A stretch of 64,000 nt of DNA from Schizochytrium sp. TIO01 (lineage: Eukaryota; Protista; Bigyra: Labyrinthulomycetes), in NCBI GenBank assembly GCA_004764695.1, contig SMSO01000004.1, positions 1,612,001 through 1,676,000 of the forward strand. The letters are read 5' to 3'. Made by a program: the position numbers and the translations under genes. How positions within the stretch are numbered: position 1 is the first letter of the stretch; each line of letters opens with the position of its first letter. Positions 60,687 to 64,000 of this stretch are shown piece after piece. Under the pieces are notes generated by a model, which worked only from the letters and a program-made list of their open reading frames with translations, made no database searches and had not been told where the DNA came from.

Positions 60687-62429
60687 AAAAGACGGCGCTG
60701 CAATAAAAGACAATGCTCGGCACTGTAAAACAGAGATTGAAGCGATTGAAGCGATTGAAGGGCGATGACAGAGATGAGGAACTCGCGAGAGCGCGTTGAG
60801 GGCAAGCAGGGAAAGGCCTCCTTTTACTCCTGAGCGAGCTACTTCGGAGCGTTCTTACGATTTGGCTGTTTTTTTAGAAGACTCGAGCTCTTGGGTTCTC
60901 AATTTACTTGAACTCTGACGAGTTTTTATCCCTCGTGCCGGAGTACCCCTATTGTATTGGGTAAGTGGCGACGCTAAGAGTGGGATTAAAGAGAGCGCCA
61001 CGGTTATTTTTGGACGAAAGTACTAAGGTTTGCGGTAGTTAGAGGGTATACGTCACAACGGAAGAAGAGGCGCATTTTCTGGGCTAGATGCGGTAGGAGT
61101 TGTATAGTAGACTGGTAAGAAGGCGCTCCCATAAGTGCGATGATCTTTGGATTTAAAAGTTCTGTTCTTTTCTTTTTCCTTTTTGATTCATCTCGTTTCT
61201 CTTTTTTTTGTCGTGAGGAGTTTATTTTGAACAATTAAATTGCTTGTTTAGACACAGAAAATTGATTGCAAACCATGAGAAAGGAAGTGCCGCAAATCCA
61301 AGCTCAAGAGGCTCGAACCGTGCAAATGGTCAGCTTGGATGTAACTATGGAAGGCAGGATTCGAGCGTGTCGTTTTCTGTGTTGCAGGACCTGGGATTTT
61401 CCAAATTGCAGCGACTGGGACGGGCTTCATCGCTCTGGGACAAGTTCATTGTGTTTTAAGGCAGCTTGCTCGCTTTTGCGAGTTTCCCTTCCTTTCTTTT
61501 CCTTTTTAGAGGCCACAAAGTAACGTAACGGACATCTGGAGAAGGTAAAGTGGCGCACCCCGCATGCCACGTACGTTTGATGTCAGGATTGCAGATTGCC
61601 ATAAAACTGCGCGACTGGCCACTTCAAGAGAGTAAAGCTGCCCCGATGCGTCAAGGACAGACACTACCATGAAAATTGTGTGAATGCATGGATAATGGCT
61701 GGTTTGGTTTACGGACAAGAAGGCGATTCTGGGCTACCCCACGGGGCGTCATCTTGGGATATCAGGCTGACACGGGGTGCATTGTGTGCTTGGGCTCATT
61801 TTCGTACAGAAAAGACACGTGGAAGATTAAAAGTATCAAAGGTTGAAAGGGTGCGCAGTATGCATGACTGCACTGTGATTCGTAAGTGGGAGCCAGCCGG
61901 TTGCCACGAATATCAAAGGGGGTGGTACTGATCTAAGCTCTAGGACTAAGCTACCTTTTATTGTACCAGAAGGCCCACGACTGCTTCATTCAGCAGTGGG
62001 GCTACCGGACGAACCATTGCAGAACGTGCGATCGATGACATATACCTCACCTTCATACCATAACAACTATGCGCAAATGCAAACCTTTGGGGCACTATGA
62101 CAGTTCTGCCTTGTTGTGATGCTTAAGTTGTCCCTGAACAAAGTATCTAGCCACTACGGAAACAGGTATTCAAGTCCGTTACACGGCAGAGTAAGTATCA
62201 GGTTCATGAGAGCACAAGGCTTTGACAAAACAAAGAAGCCCCAATGTTCTCTATGAAGAGATCCTTCCTTCTGCAATATGCTTTTCAACTCAAGCCATCG
62301 GTCCATCGGTAAGGAAACATGGATAAGAAAGAATGAGCTTGTTAAACCTCACTTGTACTTTCCTAGCGGGAAGCTCAGCTCTAAATCTAGATTTATGGAA
62401 GTATTCAAAAGAAATCCATGCGGAGGCTG

Positions 62430-62860
62430 CTGCAAGTGTGCTGAGAGATGAATCTGGTCAGGTAGAGGTTGACTGTTAGGATGAGGGTAAGAGGTTTCAT
62501 AAAGGTTCTAAGGAGGCATCATAAGGCATGCTAAGCTATAGCTTTCATGAGTTAGATATCTGCTGACCTTGGGATCCAGACTGTTTTAGTTGTCATTATG
62601 AGACTTTAGGAGACTAAGACAACCTTGAACTGTGTTTGATATAATAGATGAGCTTATGTTAACTCGTCTCATTAAATATCAATTCAGATTCCAATTTGAT
62701 TCAAGGGAATGTGTGCATAATTTTTTTTTATTGATTTCTCAACCTGGTTGTATAGTTTTATTCTATTGTAAACCCAATACCCATGAGATCTTACGTAGGG
62801 ATGCCTAAAACTCTCGCAATTTCTTGTAAACTAGTTCCTTCGACTGAAGATCTCGGCAAA
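62430..62860 (-). pseudogene. Fourth, inverted copy of the decayed coding unit at 46.8-48.4 kb
   Basis: Reverse complement ttgccgagatcttcagtcgaaggaactagtttacaagaaattgcgagag matches ttgctgagatctccaatcgaaggaactagtggacaagacattgctagag at 47537; acagtcaacctctacctgaccagattcatct matches ~47260 and ~47905. Confidence 0.65.
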
Positions 62861-64000
62861 GTGAGGCAACATTTTGCCTGCCCAGTCCTTTGACACCAAA
62901 GCGAGGGTTTTAATTTCAGCATCAAATGAATTAGATTTGAGTTAGCTATCTGCATCGATTTGTTTATTAAACGTCTAGGCGATATTATCTTTTCGAGGTC
63001 TGCAGATACAACTAATGTTTTGTGTACGGAGTTATTGAAACGTCAGCACCACTCGTCTACGCAACAGTTCAGTTACAATTAAGTCCAAACCTTTTGTGAT
63101 ATTTTTGTTGGAAATATAGCATCATCCCAACCAACAGAGGCACAATTAGGAGTATTAAGTTGCTACACATCAGCAAATGTTTGAAGTACGATATCTCTTG
63201 AAGCTTGCCTTGGGTTTCTATCTAATCCATGAACACTCAGATGTTTTAATTGCATAGCAATAAAGCAAATATCAAATGCAACGTCTGTCAGAGTGCTTTC
63301 TTTCTTGTACATGCTGTACTAGCCAATAGGAGCACAAATGTACCCTGATGTTGTATGTTTTTGCGCTCTAAATCTTTCAATGTGACAATTGCACTCAGCG
63401 AATGAAACGTTACAAATATTGTGCGTTTGATTCGTTTTTAAAACAATATGCTTCGGTATTTGATGAATCAAGCGCCCTTTTATTGGGCATTACTTTCATT
63501 TGATTAGCTGAGCTATAAAGGAATCCACTCATGGTTGCCAGGATTTGATGGTGGGCTAGGGTGAAACTATGACCGGCCAGCATTCCTAAGATAAATACAA
63601 AGCAAGATCAGGGAGACCAACCTATTCGCTGGAAGGATACATTATAGGCTGCAAAGGTCATCAGCCTAAAAGTAGCAACGGCAATACTCGAGCCCAGAGT
63701 CATCATCTGGGAGATAATTCGGTCAACGTGGATCGTAACAGAAGTAGAGCATGTCGATAAAACCAAACTGGGCGACGACACTAACATTCGTGATGATATC
63801 CATGCGCCAGATGTTTTATGAGTCTTTCGATCTAAGGAAACGAACTGTTTTCGAAAAAATGAGGGAGAACAAAATAAGTTTCTTCGATGTGGTGATCTGG
63901 TCCGAACAAACTACAAAAAAAGGAGTAGAAGGGCTCTCTGCTCCTTCTTAGAAAACCATATACAGAGTTTCAGGACAGTGTTAGTTATGAAGTGGTAGAA

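Overview
Eukaryotic, intron-poor nuclear DNA. I infer a stramenopile, probably a thraustochytrid/labyrinthulomycete, from the RPL18 N-terminus, the rarity of introns and the microsatellite-rich intergenic DNA; this is not proven. I recognised no rRNA, tRNA, CRISPR or prokaryotic features. Gene content in order: a truncated VPxG-repeat/Pro-rich gene running off the left edge; a Ser/Thr-rich disordered protein; a centriolin-like LRR/coiled-coil protein fused to a DH(-PH) RhoGEF module; a frameshifted, internally deleted DUF6729-type transposon-like gene; three PAN/apple-domain secreted or surface proteins (two share a 498-bp near-identical block); an ankyrin + class II HDAC + Sin3-type PAH fusion split by two frameshifts; a ~9.7 kb gene-free region rich in microsatellites and GC islands; an orphan 104-aa basic ORF with ribosomal-protein-grade codon bias, divergent from RPL18; RPL18; five tandem carbonyl-reductase-like SDRs; a decayed multi-copy fossil gene family (three tandem copies plus one inverted copy about 15 kb away); a Lys-rich protein; RPL37; and a degenerate PUF-repeat protein. 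The most notable observations are the HDAC-PAH fusion, the centriolin-RhoGEF fusion, the orphan microprotein, the fossil family and the duplicated SDR promoter element. All domain calls are by-eye motif recognition, not database searches.
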